Source: Eledone cirrhosa
Lineage: Eukaryota
Direction: 5' to 3'
Assembly (NCBI GenBank): GCA_964016885.1
Contig: OZ024741.1
Span: forward strand, 67,208,001 to 67,272,000
Length of the DNA stretch: 64,000 nucleotides
Part shown: positions 13,736 through 27,879 of the stretch, in pieces
Position numbering within the stretch: the first letter of the stretch is position 1
How the letters are laid out: every line of letters starts with the position of its first letter
Position numbers and translations under genes: made by a program
Notes under the pieces: model-generated
What the model was told of the DNA's origin: nothing
The model's input: only the letters and a program-made list of their open reading frames with translations
Databases searched by the model: none

Positions 13736-15255
13736 CGTAATAATGCTGTGATATATATTTCAATGACGACACTGGCCACACTGTTCTGTGTGCGAGTGTC
13801 ATGACATCATCAGACAGCTTGTTACATAATAAGGTTATGTTTACTAATTGGTAATTTTTTATTGTTTAATTTATAATTTCTGATTTTTGATTTAGGATTT
13901 TAATTTTTGTTTCCAACCCTCACTCATAACTTCCAATAAAACCATGATACCTAGAATTAAGTTAATTTTCTCTTGGGAGTTGATGGTCAGTCGTACTGTC
14001 CATGCTTGGTGAGAGGTAGTATTGTGACCTGTAAAAACTAACACTTTCCCATCCCCTCTGGTTTTCGGCTGACTGCCACAGACGGGACGAGTAGCAGTAA
14101 ACTATGGTACAGGCCTAAATGGGTCATTGTTTGGCTGAGAGGGTGAACTGACTAAGCGAATTTCGTTGAAATCTGCGGTAGCCAATGGTCAACTTCCTTC
14201 GGACATGCGCCTGCGCAGACCGGTGGGGGTGAATTGGTACTCACAAGGAACGGATGAAGAACCCAAAAGCACACACTTCGTCCGTTCCCATGTCGATTCA
14301 ACTTGGATTGCCTCGGAAACATAACCTTATTATGTAACACGTTGCCTGATGATGTTATGGCACTCGCACACAGAACAGTGTGGCCAGTGTCGTCATTGAA
14401 ATATATATCACGCTTTTACTTATTCGATATTTACTCCGTGACTCCTATGTGGAAAAAGTACGTTAAGTGCTTGAATTGAATTGCATCAATGTTTACCCTA
14501 AGAATTTAGCTTCAATTAGTTGAGCGCTCTATGATGTAACCGATATGGTGGAGAAGAGAGGAACCAACCATGAGCTACCCTGGAAATTCCCTCTACCATG
14601 GGGATGGAAACCCCTGACACTGGACGGACACTATAGTAACTTTGGGCAGGATAAATACGCGGAAACAAAAACTAAGATAAACCCATATTTTCCTGCACCA
14701 AATCGCTTTTGAACAGAAGCCCCCTCAATTCAATCTATACATTGACAAATTGACAATCATATGGATCATTTTGCATAGATGTACTCTGTGATTTTGCATT
14801 TATTCATTATTGGTTCTTTTCTTTTGTGTACTTTATATCTGTTTTTCTTTGGTTTTGTTCCATGTGATGGAAATTATGACTGTGTACCTGATTGACTACT
14901 GCCTTGAATACTGTAGTTTACTCTCCGTTCTAATGTGGATAGTGTAACTGTGACATTGGAACCCCTCTCAGAACTTCTTACTTAAACATCTCTCTCCATA
15001 TTATTTACTCACTTCAATCTATGTTTTGTTACTCACCTCAATCCGGATTCTCACTTGAAATTTTTTTTAATTTCTAATTGTTAATTTTTTAATTGTTTAA
15101 TTTATAATTTCTGATTTTTGATTTAGGATTTTAATTTTTGTTTCCAACTCTCACTCTTGACTTCCAATGTAAAACCATGATACATAGAATTAAGTATATT
15201 TTCTCTTGGGAGTTGATGGTCAGTCGTACTGTCCATGCTTGGTGAGAGGTAGTAT

Positions 15256-15646
15256 TGTGACCTGTAAAAACTAACACTCTCCCATCCCCTCTGGCTTTCG
15301 GCTGACTGCCACAGACGGAACGGGTAGCAGTAAACTATGGTACAGGCCTAAATGGGTCATTGTTTGGCTGAGAGGGTGAACTGACTAAGCGAATTTCGTT
15401 GAAATCTGCGGTAGCTAATGGTCAACTTCCTTCGGACATGCGCCTGCGCAGACCGGTGGGGGTGAATTGGTACTCACAGGGGAACGGATGAAGAACCCAA
15501 AAGCACACACTTCGTCCGTTCCCATGTCGATTCAACTTGGATTGCCTCGGAAACATAACCTTATTATGTAACAAGCTGTCTGATGATATCACGACACTCG
15601 CACACAGAACAGTGTGGCCAGTGTCGTCATTGAAATATATATCACA
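15256..15646. mobile_element. Putative solo LTR (TGTGA...TCACA), second copy at 14023-14411
   Basis: About 390 bp with 5-bp inverted termini and flanks gtat/gcat resembling a 4-bp TSD; no coding support. Confidence 0.4.
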
Positions 15647-15790
15647 GCATTAGAGATACGGCCCTTGCCATTCTGAGTTCAAATCCCGCCGAGGTTTAAC
15701 TTTGCCTTTCATCCTTACGGGGTCGATAAAATAAAGTACCAGTAATGTACTGGGTGATTGCTGGCCTTGTATCAAAAGTAGAAACAATTA
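15647..15790 (+). mobile_element. tRNA-derived SINE (main family), partial
   Basis: B box gagttcaaatcc, conserved central gcctttcatccttacggggtcgataaa, ATT-rich tail. Confidence 0.9.
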
Positions 15791-16787
15791 TTATTAAAGG
15801 ACTTGAACATCTGAAACTACTTTGCTTTTACTTATTCGATATTTACTCCGTCACTCCTATGTGGAAAAAGTACGTTGAGTGAAAGAGAGTGAGAAAGAGA
15901 AAGAGAAAGAGAAAGAGAAAGAGCGAAAGTGAGAGAGAGAGAAAGATGTGGGGGATGCAAGGCAAAGAAGATTCGGCTGAGTCTTCAACAAAGCTTGATT
16001 CAGTATAGTTCCTCCATTCTTCACTTCCGTTTAATTGGACTTAAATCGTTCTTACCATTTTTCTTCCACCCACACTCATATACAGATCAGTAAATATATA
16101 CTGTATTCAATTATTTCTATCTATTGCTGCTGTCCCCAAGCAATCGGATTCTCCCCCTCCTCTTTCTCTTCCTCTCTTTGTCTCTCTCTCTCTTTCACTC
16201 TCTCTTTCTCTCTCTTCCAGTTACATTGAACTTTTTGTTTTGTTCATATTTTTTGCTCTCTCTTTTACTTTCGCTTCCAACCGTTCTATAGTTATTTTCT
16301 ATTATATTACTTTAATAATTCTTCTTTTTTCTTCTATCCTTTCTTTTCGTTCACTTTTCGTTCATTTTTCCTGTATTCTATGTTTTGAGGGCACAACGAT
16401 GTTTTTTTCTTTCTATTTTTTTTTCTAATTTGAAACTGTTTGTCGATTTATCCGTCGGGCTTTATATCTACCTTGTAATATTCTTGCTTAACAATCTAAT
16501 TTTGTTTTTTAACTGTTTTCTATTTACATATATAAAGGACCCCGAGTGAATCCATTCTCGGGTTGTGGTTGTACTATATACATATCCTAGCGTAGAAATA
16601 CTTATTGAAATAACTGCTTCATCGGTAATGTAGAAATACATAGTTGACCACAGTTGTTGCCTAGTTGGTCTCGTCAGCAATGTTCTGCATGTGATCACAA
16701 AGAAGGATTTTGGGCTATGTGAGTTCTTTTGATAACTTAAATCTACTTATAATGAACTATGTTAAATTACGAGAAGGATTTTTGTTT

Positions 16788-16918
16788 GAAGAAGAAGAAG
16801 AAGAAGAAGAAGAAGAAGAAGAAGAAGAAGAAGAAGAAGAAGAAGAAGAAGAAGAAGAAGAAGAAGAAGAAGAAGAAGAAGAAGAAGAAGAAGATGACGA
16901 TGACGACGACGACGAAGA
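16788..16918 (+). repeat. (GAA)n followed by (GAC/GAT)n microsatellite
   Basis: About 35 perfect gaa units followed by gatgac units. Confidence 0.98.
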
Positions 16919-17639
16919 AAGGTATATGAAAATGAGCGTATAAGAACTTAGGTAGTGGCCCTGAGAGTAAACAATTCTGTCCATTCGTGTACTGTGTTGG
17001 TATTCACTGTAGTTCCAAATGTGTCATCTGGTGTCATTCATTGGTTGTCACCAGATTGGGAAGAATTTAATGAATAACACTACAGCTAACACCACGTTTC
17101 ACCACTTCACGCTACTTCAAGAATATAATTGCAATGTTTATTTGGTTAAACATACAGAAAAGGAAAGCAGTATTGGAAAGGACTATAAATGCCATAAATG
17201 AGATGAAAAGGAGGGGAATAAATTGCAATGTTAAAAGTTAAAAATCCTAAAAAATATCATATTAATCAAGTGATATTTCTATTGAGTTATGAAAAATGTA
17301 ACCCAGCCATAATGTCTTCATATTTTTAGGTACAATTCTTTTGGATAATTATTTCACATTTCTATTATAATTTGCGATTCTGCAAAATTAAAACTGGTTG
17401 ACGTTTATTTTGGCTTCTGTTTCCACCGATTTTGAAGGAGATTGTTATGCAAAAATGTAATCATTTCCGCCACCCAGCCCATGCCCATATTTAACTACAA
17501 TTAGGTGTCTCAAGTCCTATTTGATCCAAATTGCTTGTTGCGTTCATTAGTCAAGAATCCATTCTTGTACCGGAAAATACTGAAGGGAGACTGTTCAATT
17601 TTTTTTAATCAATGCATAGAAGTTATTTTTGTAAAGACC

Positions 17640-17830
17640 CATCGTGAAAAAGCAGCGTTTTATTTGAAGAAGTAGTTGCAACAGACACAAATATTTTACT
17701 TACAGAAATGGAAAGATTATCTAAATATAAAGATCTCGTAATAGAGATAATAATATATGAACTGAAAACCGGAACAATGCGAAATATTGCACTGAAATTG
17801 TCTTGCGCAGTGTCGAATGTGCTTAGAATA
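17640..17830 (+). mobile_element. Highly decayed RLE-type non-LTR retrotransposon 3' remnant
   Basis: Peptide EMERLSKYKDLVIEI resembles the E.EK..KY.DL..EI motif of RLE elements. Confidence 0.4.
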
Positions 17831-18140
17831 AAGTGTGTGGAGTTATTTTTTCTTTCTATTTTTTATTACATTAGGTGTACTGATTATTATTGATATATTT
17901 TCATCCACACTCCGTAGGGTAACTCCATTTTAGACCCCTACTTTGGTATATTGTCAATTTCTGCCATAGCTTTTGATAAAAAAGGGTGAGGTCAAAGTAT
18001 TTATCAAAATAGATATAATATTAATTCTGTCTTTGATTAAGACTGTTCATTTTAGCCTTTTCCAGTCATTTATATCCAAAATTATTATATCCCTGTCATC
18101 GTCATCGATTGGTATATGGTTATATAATTTGTCAAGTGAA

Positions 18141-18410
18141 GGCACATGGCTTAGTGGTTAGAGCAGTAGGCTTGCAATCGAAAGGTTGTGAGTTCAATTC
18201 TCTGAGCGGGTGATGTGTTACAAGACACTTTATTAAACGTTGCTCCAGTCTACTCAGCTGAAAATGAGTACCAGCAATAGCTGGTGGTTTAACCCTGAGA
18301 TGGACTGGCGTCCTGTCCAGGGGAGAGTCTTGTACACTCAGTCGCTTCACGCCATGAAACCGGGACAAACACCGGCCAAAATGAGCCGTCTGGCTTAAGA
18401 CAGACTTTAG
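18141..18410 (+). mobile_element. tRNA-derived SINE, second family (V-SINE-like core)
   Basis: A box tggcttagtgg, B box gagttcaattc, core tggactggcgtcctgtccaggg. Confidence 0.75.
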
Positions 18411-19100
18411 ACTTACGGCCTGCCCGCCCAGCCAGTGGATGGCGTCATCGTATGGCTAAAACAGCACATGCTGTGACCAGCAGCGCCAAATGGCGCCTGA
18501 CAGACTCGTCGGTCAAGGTGATCAAGGTGATCAAATTGTCAAAATATCATCTCGTAGGAAAGTGGTCATAACTGCCGGTCATATCTGAGAACATATTTTG
18601 TGTTTGCAACGACTAGGCAGCTAGATTTGACATAATCAATTGTTTCTTTGTTCCACTTGTGTAGTCTGTAGTTGATGTTAAACTTTTGTTAAATTATTTC
18701 ATTTTTGCAGATTATTTTCAGCAACTAAAATCACTCCTGTTCTTTTCTGAAGTCTATTTGTGCCATTCTTGGCTACTTTGGCTGTCTTGGTTCTCTTTGT
18801 TTTCTTGCTTCTCTGTCGTATCTGACAAAGTATTTCTTCTGAGAAAATCTGATTTTGATTTTCATAAACATTTTCTGCTGTTACATCCATATCTACATCA
18901 TATTTTATTCACTTTTAGTAGCTTCTATGTTGACCTTATTGTTTCCATATATTTCTGTAAACCCTCTGTTTTGCAGCGATATGGTAGTTTTATTCCAAAC
19001 TGGCTTGCTTTATAAACCTTTATTTACATGCACAATGCTCAATATTCATGTTAAATATCTTCAATATTAAAAAGTACACATGTTTGAGAGGCGTGATGTA

Positions 19101-19994
19101 CGAGGTGTGTCAGAAAAGTTCCAGGACTGATGTCACAAAATATTTATTTCAAACCTAAACTTCACACTAAGAGTTTTCTCCTTCAAAGTAATCCCCCTGG
19201 AGTATGTAACTGTAATCTTAGCTCTCTGCAGCGAATAAACTTTTTTCTTCATAATTTTATATACATGTCCTCTGTTTCAGGTCGTCAAGTAATGAGCACA
19301 GAGCAACGAACAAACTTGAAGTTTCTGGTACGGTTGGGGAAAACTCCGCTGCAGCAAGTGTATGGAGATAAGACGATGTCACGCTCACGTGTTTTTGAGT
19401 GGTGCAACAGGTTTAAAGAAGGACGTGAAGACGTGGAAGATGACTCCAGGAGCGGAAGGCCCTCAACAACCAGGACTGAGGTCAACGTTCAGCGCGTCAG
19501 GCAGATGGTGCGTAGCGATCGTCGGCTGACTGTTCGACTGATGGCAAATGAGCTGGGCATGAATCGGGACAGTGTCTGGAAGATTCTCACTGAAGATTTG
19601 GACATGCGGAAAGTCTGCGCGAAGATGGTGCCAAAATTGCTGACGATGACCAGAAGGGTCGACGCATGCAAGTGTGGCAGGACATCTTCGAGCGTCTTGA
19701 AGCCGAACCAGACTTGCTAGGGACAGTCATCACCGGTGAATCATGAATCTTCGAGTACGACCCGGAGGGGACCCGTTTTAAAGACGTGGACGACATCAAA
19801 AAGGCCGTAACGACGGAACTGCAGAGGATCCGGAAGAATCCTTCTAGGAGTCCATGCAAGCGTGACAGAAAAGGATGGAAAAGTGCATTAGACTCCAGGG
19901 GGATTACTTTGAAGGAGAAAACTCTTAGTGTGAAGTTTGGGTTTGAAATAAATCTTTTGTGACATCAGTCCTGGAACTTTTCTGACACACCTGG
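19101..19994 (+). mobile_element. Internally deleted mariner transposon with about 40-bp TIRs and TA TSD
   Basis: TIR cgaggtgtgtcagaaaagttccaggactgatgtcacaaaa and its reverse complement at 19955-19994; HTH region (VFEWCNRFKEGREDVEDDSRSGRP, KVCAKMVPKLL); most of the catalytic domain is missing. Confidence 0.95.
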
Positions 19995-20909
19995 TATGAT
20001 TAAACCTTCGTGCAACCATTAGTTTAGTGTCCAAATATTGGTAACTTGTAGAGTTATGTCGAACTGCTATTCTTACTCCATCATGGGGCGCTGTATTGCA
20101 GTATATAGTTAAGATCCTTTACGTTCTGAGGTTAGCTTTGCCGTCATATTTTCTTCTTCCTATCTTGCACTCAGCATCTTTATCGCTAGAACAGTGATTT
20201 CAACCACTCATAGTTTCTTATCTCATTTCCCATATTATGTGTTCACAGGCACCACCACAACTTCACATTGTTCATCTTTCCCAAAATCTTGGTTTCATGG
20301 GCATACACGCATTCGCCGATTTACAACATTTCAAGAGGAACGTTAAATGTTTCGATCTTAATGTTTTTGGAGAACCTGTAATGGAAACGCTCTCTGGTTT
20401 TACCTTTAGATAAACCAATAAAAAAAATGTAATACCTAATGTAAATCAACAGCTGTTTATTTTATTGTTTTTTTTTTGCAATGATATTAACAACAATCAC
20501 TCCAGATACGGCAATTCCATGTAACCCAGTGAGCTTTCCTTTAGAGGTATTTAAGTTCAGTGAGGTTAAACAAAAATTGATTCTTTTCTGAACGCCAAAA
20601 TATGTTGAATGTTTTTCAAAATAAAGTCATCAACGGCATAAACCACTATATATATTTGTCAACGAAGATCTCTATATAGTGTCAGGAATCGCCAAATAAA
20701 TCACACAAATCTCCCCGAATAGTCATGAGATAAATATGTTTTATTACAAGACTGTTCGGTGTGCATTAAACCTCACATATTGAGTGATATCAGCCAATGA
20801 CAACTACAACTGCAACAGCCGACAATAACAATAGTTCTTACAGTTGAAATTGATCTCTTGCAAAACTGAGGAACATCATGGCTACCGACTTGCTTTTTTC
20901 GTATATATA

Positions 20910-21060
20910 CGAGGGTCGGCTGAAAGGTTAATAGGCGGACCAAGATACAGCCATGGAATGACCAAATGAGGTTAATTTTTCAATATAGTCCCTGGAAAGA
21001 TTTCACAGCTCGACCATCACTCATTTATAGTAAGCTTATTATCTTTTCAGCCCAGCTTCG
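20910..21060. mobile_element. Mariner-derived MITE
   Basis: TA-cgagggtcggctgaaag...cttttcagcccagcttcg-TA imperfect TIRs, about 150 bp. Confidence 0.7.
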
Positions 21061-21911
21061 TATATATGCTTGTTATTCAGAACACGAAAGGATATTATAT
21101 CTATATAATTTGTTGCCGATATCTTGGAATTGAACGCATGTTACAGCAAATTCGGGAGCCGTATGTGGTCAATCAACTTTATATTAATAAAATTAGCTGT
21201 CAACTCTGTCAAAGTATAGCTTACTATCTTCACTATGAATCTGCTGATCTTTGCTTAAAGAACGGAAACGCATATGTTGGTGGTATTATATCTAACTGTT
21301 GGTTGCATTATATCATTTGAGATCTACCGTTTTTACAGAAATGATATATTGCTCTTTGTTCCTAATTGTAGCTATGCAATTTTATAATTAGATAATATAT
21401 TCCTCAATAACCCAAAATATGTGATGTAAAAAGAGGAAGGCGTAGTTGTGCTGAGAGAGTTGTATTGAGAGTGTAATATAGTTTTATAAATGAAGATATA
21501 TTAGATATATGAATGAAGACAGATAAAGATATGTATATTTGATTGATGAAGAAGTGCAAGATTGGCGATGCAGGAAAGCTTAAGAGGGAGACAGAGGAAA
21601 AGTAGAAAATAGCCAGTAAGCAATCGACCAAAAAGCAAGAGAGGAATCAAACATTCATGTATGTAGGCAGCCAGGCAAGAAAACGTTGGAATATTGAAAA
21701 AGAAGGAAGACAAGTTAGGGATAGCGAAAGAGCGGAAAGGATAGGCATGAAAAAAAGCCTGATAAAGATCTACAATAGACATGGACAATTAAATTAGCAA
21801 CATGATAAAATAACAGAAGTGCATAGATTGAGCAAATATTAGAGAGAATTATAGATATGTTGGTAGATATAGAGATAAATATATATACAGTATATACGTA
21901 TATATATATAT

Positions 21912-22004
<93 letters not shown>

Positions 22005-22220
22005 TGGAGTGATTGAGAGAGAGAGAGAGAGAGAGAGGTGGAGTGAAAGAGAGGAAGAGAGAAAAAAGAGAAAGAGAGAGTCTTTTATGATATCGATGTG
22101 TGTGTGTGATTGAAGGAGAGTGGTGGAAATATTTGCGGATTTTTGTAGAGTGGCAGAAGTAGATTTTGATCAAGAACAAAAAGTAAATGACATACACACA
22201 AGCACACACACGCACGCACG

Positions 22221-22302
<82 letters not shown>

Positions 22303-24049
22303 CATATATATATATATATAAGTAGAGAGAGAGAGAGAGAGATAAACAGACAGATAGAAAGAGAGGTAGTCAAAAATAATGAAATATGTGAGTATGCTAG
22401 TGTGCTTAAAAATATGGGTGCGAGTGAGGAAGTGAGAATGTACGTGTAAGGAAAAAAAGAGATGAATTTTCAAATATGCAATAGATAAGTGTAAGTTTGT
22501 CAGACAAAGAAATTCTCAGATACGGAGAATTTTCGAAATTAGGCAATGACTTCTTGCTGCTTTGACCCCGATTTCTAGCACTTCAAATGAATGTAAGGAA
22601 CCTCATATGTTGGCACAAACATAAGCTTCATTACTTTCTCTACAGAATGTAAATTTATTATTATTTTTTAAAATGAAAATGCCCATAGTGAATGTTTAAT
22701 TCTATTAACCATAACCAGCACCCTTGCTTTTATTGCCCCTGTTTACACATAGCCCAGACATTTATAGTTCTAAGTATGTTGATTGATTCATAGAATTGAA
22801 AAAATGAAAGGAGGGTGAGTGGGATAGCTGGTAGCTTGTTTTTGAAACAGTAGGAAATTACTTGTCATACTTGCTGAATAGGTGTTAACAAAATAGACTC
22901 TGCTGAAAATTTATCGATTAGCATATATAAGAGAAAATTTTGAAAATTTTACATTCGGTCTTTCATTAATTTCTTCATTTCTCAGTTTGCTCCTCTCTAT
23001 TTCTTTCTTACACTCTTTCTCTCATTCTTTCTCTTTAATTCATTTTCTCTATCCTACTCTCTGTTTTCTACTTATTTTCGTTGCTATTAAGTCTATATCT
23101 ATTAATCTTTCAGCCTATCATATTGTGTTATTTTCTATTAGTCTGTTGTAATTTTTGTCGTGTTAAATATTTTCTACTTGGAAACAAAGAATCAGATATG
23201 CAATAACACAGTCTGTCATAAATTTATCGAAACTGGTAATTTAGATAATATTTATGGGACAAATTGCCGCAAACGGTCAGAATACAATGCCATAAAAGAG
23301 TCATTTTATAGATTAAGTACAAATGTTTGAGATAGACATACACAAAAAATATATAATGGCGAATTTAATGCCATTTTCTTCTTCATTAATATTTTATATT
23401 TGGAGAGGTGAAATGGCCATGTGGTTAAATAATATTTGAGGGAAATATACACTAACGTGATTTCTTAATCACGTCCTCTTCAGGAAGACTCAACGCTTAA
23501 TGCGGCAAATCATAATTATGTATTTTTTCATAATTCTTCGCTCTGAGTTCAAGTCTCGCCGAAAGTAAAATTTATCGTTTATCTTTTTGATGTCGATAAA
23601 ATAAAATACTAGCCTAGTCCGGTAGAGTATTGGAATTGTTAGAGCGTTGGATGAAATTATTTCTGGCTTTAGTTCCAGCTCTTGTCAATTCTCAGCTCAA
23701 GTTTCGGTGTGACCTATTTACTCACCTCGTTTAGCAAAACCACTTAACAGATAAGTTACCTTTAACATTCGCATCAGGACGCTATTTCAGAATATATTCC
23801 TTTCTCCCCGAACAGTCTTGCTGGCCAGAAAAGGTTCATGGACGCTGTTATTCGCTCCTTGTTTAAACAGTAAAATATGTTAGCATATTTCGTTTTTCTT
23901 CTCAATTACAAGGTTCAAAATAAGAGCTCTTAGATTTAATTATAGTGAAATAGTTGAATCGAAATTTGAATGGTTTAACTGAAAATATTGTTCTAGTTTT
24001 GCTCTTGGCTTTCATACTAAAATGCATATTACACCAGTCGGATGATAAT

Positions 24050-24600
24050 TCTGTCTTTCGCTTGAGGCACTTGAGATAGAATTTTCTATAGCAAATGTCG
24101 ACATTTTAGTGGGCAGTCACAGTTTAATGTCTGAAACCACCTAAAGAATAACAGAATAATCAATCAGCTCGAAATACGTAGGTTGACTATATGTGCTAAC
24201 AGTTTGAATTATTCGTGCATTACCACTGGTTTTTAACTGGAATTGTAGTTGAAGTAGAAATAAAACCATTCTTGAAATCATTGGATGTTTACTGCAAATA
24301 TTTCGTCAGAGACCCATCTGGTGGTATGAGGGTGGCTCAGAGGACAATTGGTATTGTTTCAGCAACTGAAAACTGGTGCTTGTGCAAGGGACTGTGTAGG
24401 TAAGTGTTTCCTCTGTTGTAGCATAAGATATTGGAATCGATATTACCTGGGCAGGAATAGCTTAGTAACACGTTATGGAATTTATAGAACTTGGGTTGGT
24501 AAGTGTCATCAGGAAATATCTACCTATATTTGTAGAGATGTTTCAATTGAATAGGGGAAGAATTATAGTTATGTTTGTCGTCGGTGACTGTTGATTTAAA
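24050..24600 (-). mobile_element. Decayed Penelope-like element (linker/GIY-YIG region)
   Basis: Minus-strand fragments such as NIGRYFL, LSYSC..NI and CPL resemble the equivalent region of ORF 60200..61024; many stops and frameshifts. Confidence 0.45.
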
Positions 24601-24779
24601 ACAATATAAAGAACAACAACAATATAATTATGGAGGGTTCAATACATGTAAAATAGTTACATCTGTTATACATCATAGATTAACAGAGATTTTGTGCTCC
24701 GCCTTAGCAGGATAATATATCATTTCGTATAGGTACATTCAAACAGTTGATTATTACTTTATATTAGATTGCAGATGAT

Positions 24780-25110
24780 GGATATTATAGCTTCCTAGCT
24801 CACCAGACCCCAATGCCCTGGACTATTACGTATGTGACGTAGTTAAAAGAGAGGTCAATCATCACCTTCACAACAGTATAGAATTTCTCATGTACGCCAT
24901 TTCCAGCACAATGTACAATATTGAAAGGGGTCATCTGATTCAGGCATGTCAACGCTTCAGACCCCATATTGAAGCAGTAATTGAAGCCGACAGAGGATTC
25001 ATGAATTAGATATCATAAATGTATTGTAAATAATATTCGTGAAAGTGTATATCTAAATATATGATTTCTTTGATGTGCTATGCGTCTTTTTCTAAATTCC
25101 TGCATATATC
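24780..25110 (+). mobile_element. Decayed Tc1/mariner 3' fragment similar to 12064-12469
   Basis: Encodes SSPDPNALDYYV..V.R and ACQRFRPHIEAVIEA. Confidence 0.65.
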
Positions 25111-25114
25111 CTCA

Positions 25115-25480
<366 letters not shown>

Positions 25481-25944
25481 TATATATATATATATATGTA
25501 TGCATATATATATATATGTATATATATATTTTATAATTTTCTTATTTTGCGTCTCTCATATTATTGTTCTGCAACCCCATGCATTGAACCACAAAGTTAC
25601 TAAGACAAAACCTATATATTTGCTAGCATTAATATGCATCTGTGTGTATATATATGTTACTAGATATATTAATTCTTTATAATTATCTCCAAATTATTTG
25701 TCGAGCAATATTGGCCAAGACTGTTGCTATGGTAGCAGGCAGGCCGCTGTCTTCTTAACAAACCACTTTCCAATGATTGACCTCGATGTCACGTGATTGA
25801 TTCTTTTTGAATTTGCCACTGACGAAACGTGATTTTCTCAATGGCTAGGAATTCAGTCCACGCTTTGCTATTTTCTATCCACTGAATTATTTTTGTATAA
25901 GTTCCCAGAGTCCACGCTTTGCCTGGAAACTTAGCTGAGAATAG

Positions 25945-26026
25945 ACTTCCCTGACGACGAAAGGATTCTTTATATTTTCTTCGGAAAGTATATTTATTCC
26001 CTTTCAGAAACTAATTAGTTGGAAGT
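25945..26026 (+). ncRNA. Type I hammerhead ribozyme with extended stem II capped by cUUCGg
   Basis: acttcc-CTGACGA-c gaaagg..tatattttc TTCG gaaagtata..cctttc a-GAA-ACTAATTAGT-T-ggaagt. Stem I is a perfect 6 bp; stem III is palindromic; triplet GUU. Confidence 0.8.
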
Positions 26027-27560
26027 GAAATTTTAGTAAGTAAGTTAATTTTATAATTTTCTTATATATATATATACATATATATATTTTTAGAGCGTCG
26101 AGTGGTGAATTGAACCGTTTTAGAAATGTAGAATATCTCGAACGCAGGAAAATAACTGCGAATACAACTTTAGAGAATGTGATAAAATGTCTATTTACAT
26201 GGAAAGAGTGAGCAGCATCCGCTACAGAGAATCAATGTTTGTGCCTCTCGAATTCTGCCGGAGCGTTCAGTAACTTTGGGCTAATCTACCCGACCGTTAT
26301 CGTTTTAAATAAAGCTAAATATCAGCTTTTGAATGTGAGAACATTTTGTAAATAAAAATAACTGAAGACAGCTTAGATTTTCTAAACTTTTTTCATTCAC
26401 ACATATGTTCCTGCATTGGAGATTTTCTACATCTCTAAAACATTTCAGCTCACTCGTCTCGCCAATGTTTATTTCCGTATGTTTGTATGGACCTGTAAGT
26501 CCTGAAGGAATCGTAGGGGCACTGTCGTGATATACTTGGCCACATTAAGAGCCCACCCCGTCTCTAGGTTTGATATCATTCTGATAACGAGCAAGAAAGA
26601 GCAGAAGAAAGAGAGTCATAATAAGAAATAGAGAGGAGAACTGGAAAAGTTATATTGAAGAACAATCGATCCCAATACTTGACTGGTACTAATGTTTATC
26701 GACGTAGTAAGGATGGACAGCAATGTTGAACTGGAGAACGCAGAGGGCCGGACCGAGTTCTTCGACTCTGCTAATTCGTATATAGTATAAAATACAGTTA
26801 ATTGATAGACAGTGAATGAAAAAGGGGAAGATTTGTTGATTTTGCTTCACCATTAATTAGGTCCTGAGTTCAAATCCTGCCAAAGATTATTTTGAATTTT
26901 ATATTTCTAGAAATGATGTGATTTGTTATAGTATTAAATATGGGATGTTCAATAGCAAAATTAGTGGAGCGTTGAAGAAAATACTTTAAAGTTTTAAGTT
27001 ACGCTTCATTAGAAGATCAAGTTAAAAACACACCAGGGGCAATTTTGTCTTTCATCTTTTTGATGTCGATAAAATAAATACTAGTATCGATTAGATATAA
27101 GTGAACAGATTTGTGGAGAACATGCCGTTGTTTAAATGTATTTTTGTATTAAATCTTATGAACGTTTATATAAATGAAAGATTATAGTTATATTGAAAAA
27201 ACATAAAATATGGTTTTAAAGAAGACTAATTTATTGGAAAATATATATGGAAGTAAACACATAGAGAAACATGTATAACACACAAACATTCAGATACACA
27301 CATATCGGCAGAATATTTTCATTTTTATATTGAGTAAATGAGAAATATTGACGTCTACAAAGATAAGATTCATTAAATTAAATACAACAAACGATCACGA
27401 AAGCAATTTCTCTTTCCTTCTCTTTATTCATTCTACACATGAATTCACTCAAACCAAATATAAATACACACTCCCCCCTCCCCCCACTCACTCACACACA
27501 TGTTTATATGTGTGTGTGCTTTTGTAGTTACACACACACGCACACATAAACACACACAAA

Positions 27561-27633
<73 letters not shown>

Positions 27634-27663
27634 GTATATATATATGTATATATATATATATAC

Positions 27664-27694
<31 letters not shown>

Positions 27695-27879
27695 TATATA
27701 TTATATGTGCATAAATATATACAAATAAGTGCATACATGTATATATATATATATACATGCATACCTACATATATGCATACACACATACAAACATACATGC
27801 ATACATGCGTACATACACACATTACATACCTACATATATGCACACATACATACATACAAACATACATACATACATGATT

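Larger units (their letters stand above)
13548..15880. repeat. Local inverted + direct duplication complex
   Basis: 13548-13841 is the reverse complement of 15551-15837; 13843-14470 is a direct repeat of about 15074-15880 that lacks the SINE segment. Confidence 0.9.

Noticed and set aside
14316-14365. GAAACATAA..TTATGTA hairpin followed by CTGATGA (also at 15550-15600), a possible type II hammerhead
   Set aside because: Stem II cannot be paired across the core and stem I differs between copies.
16710-16943. Poly-Glu/Asp ORF
   Set aside because: A pure (GAA)n microsatellite with no flanking coding signal.
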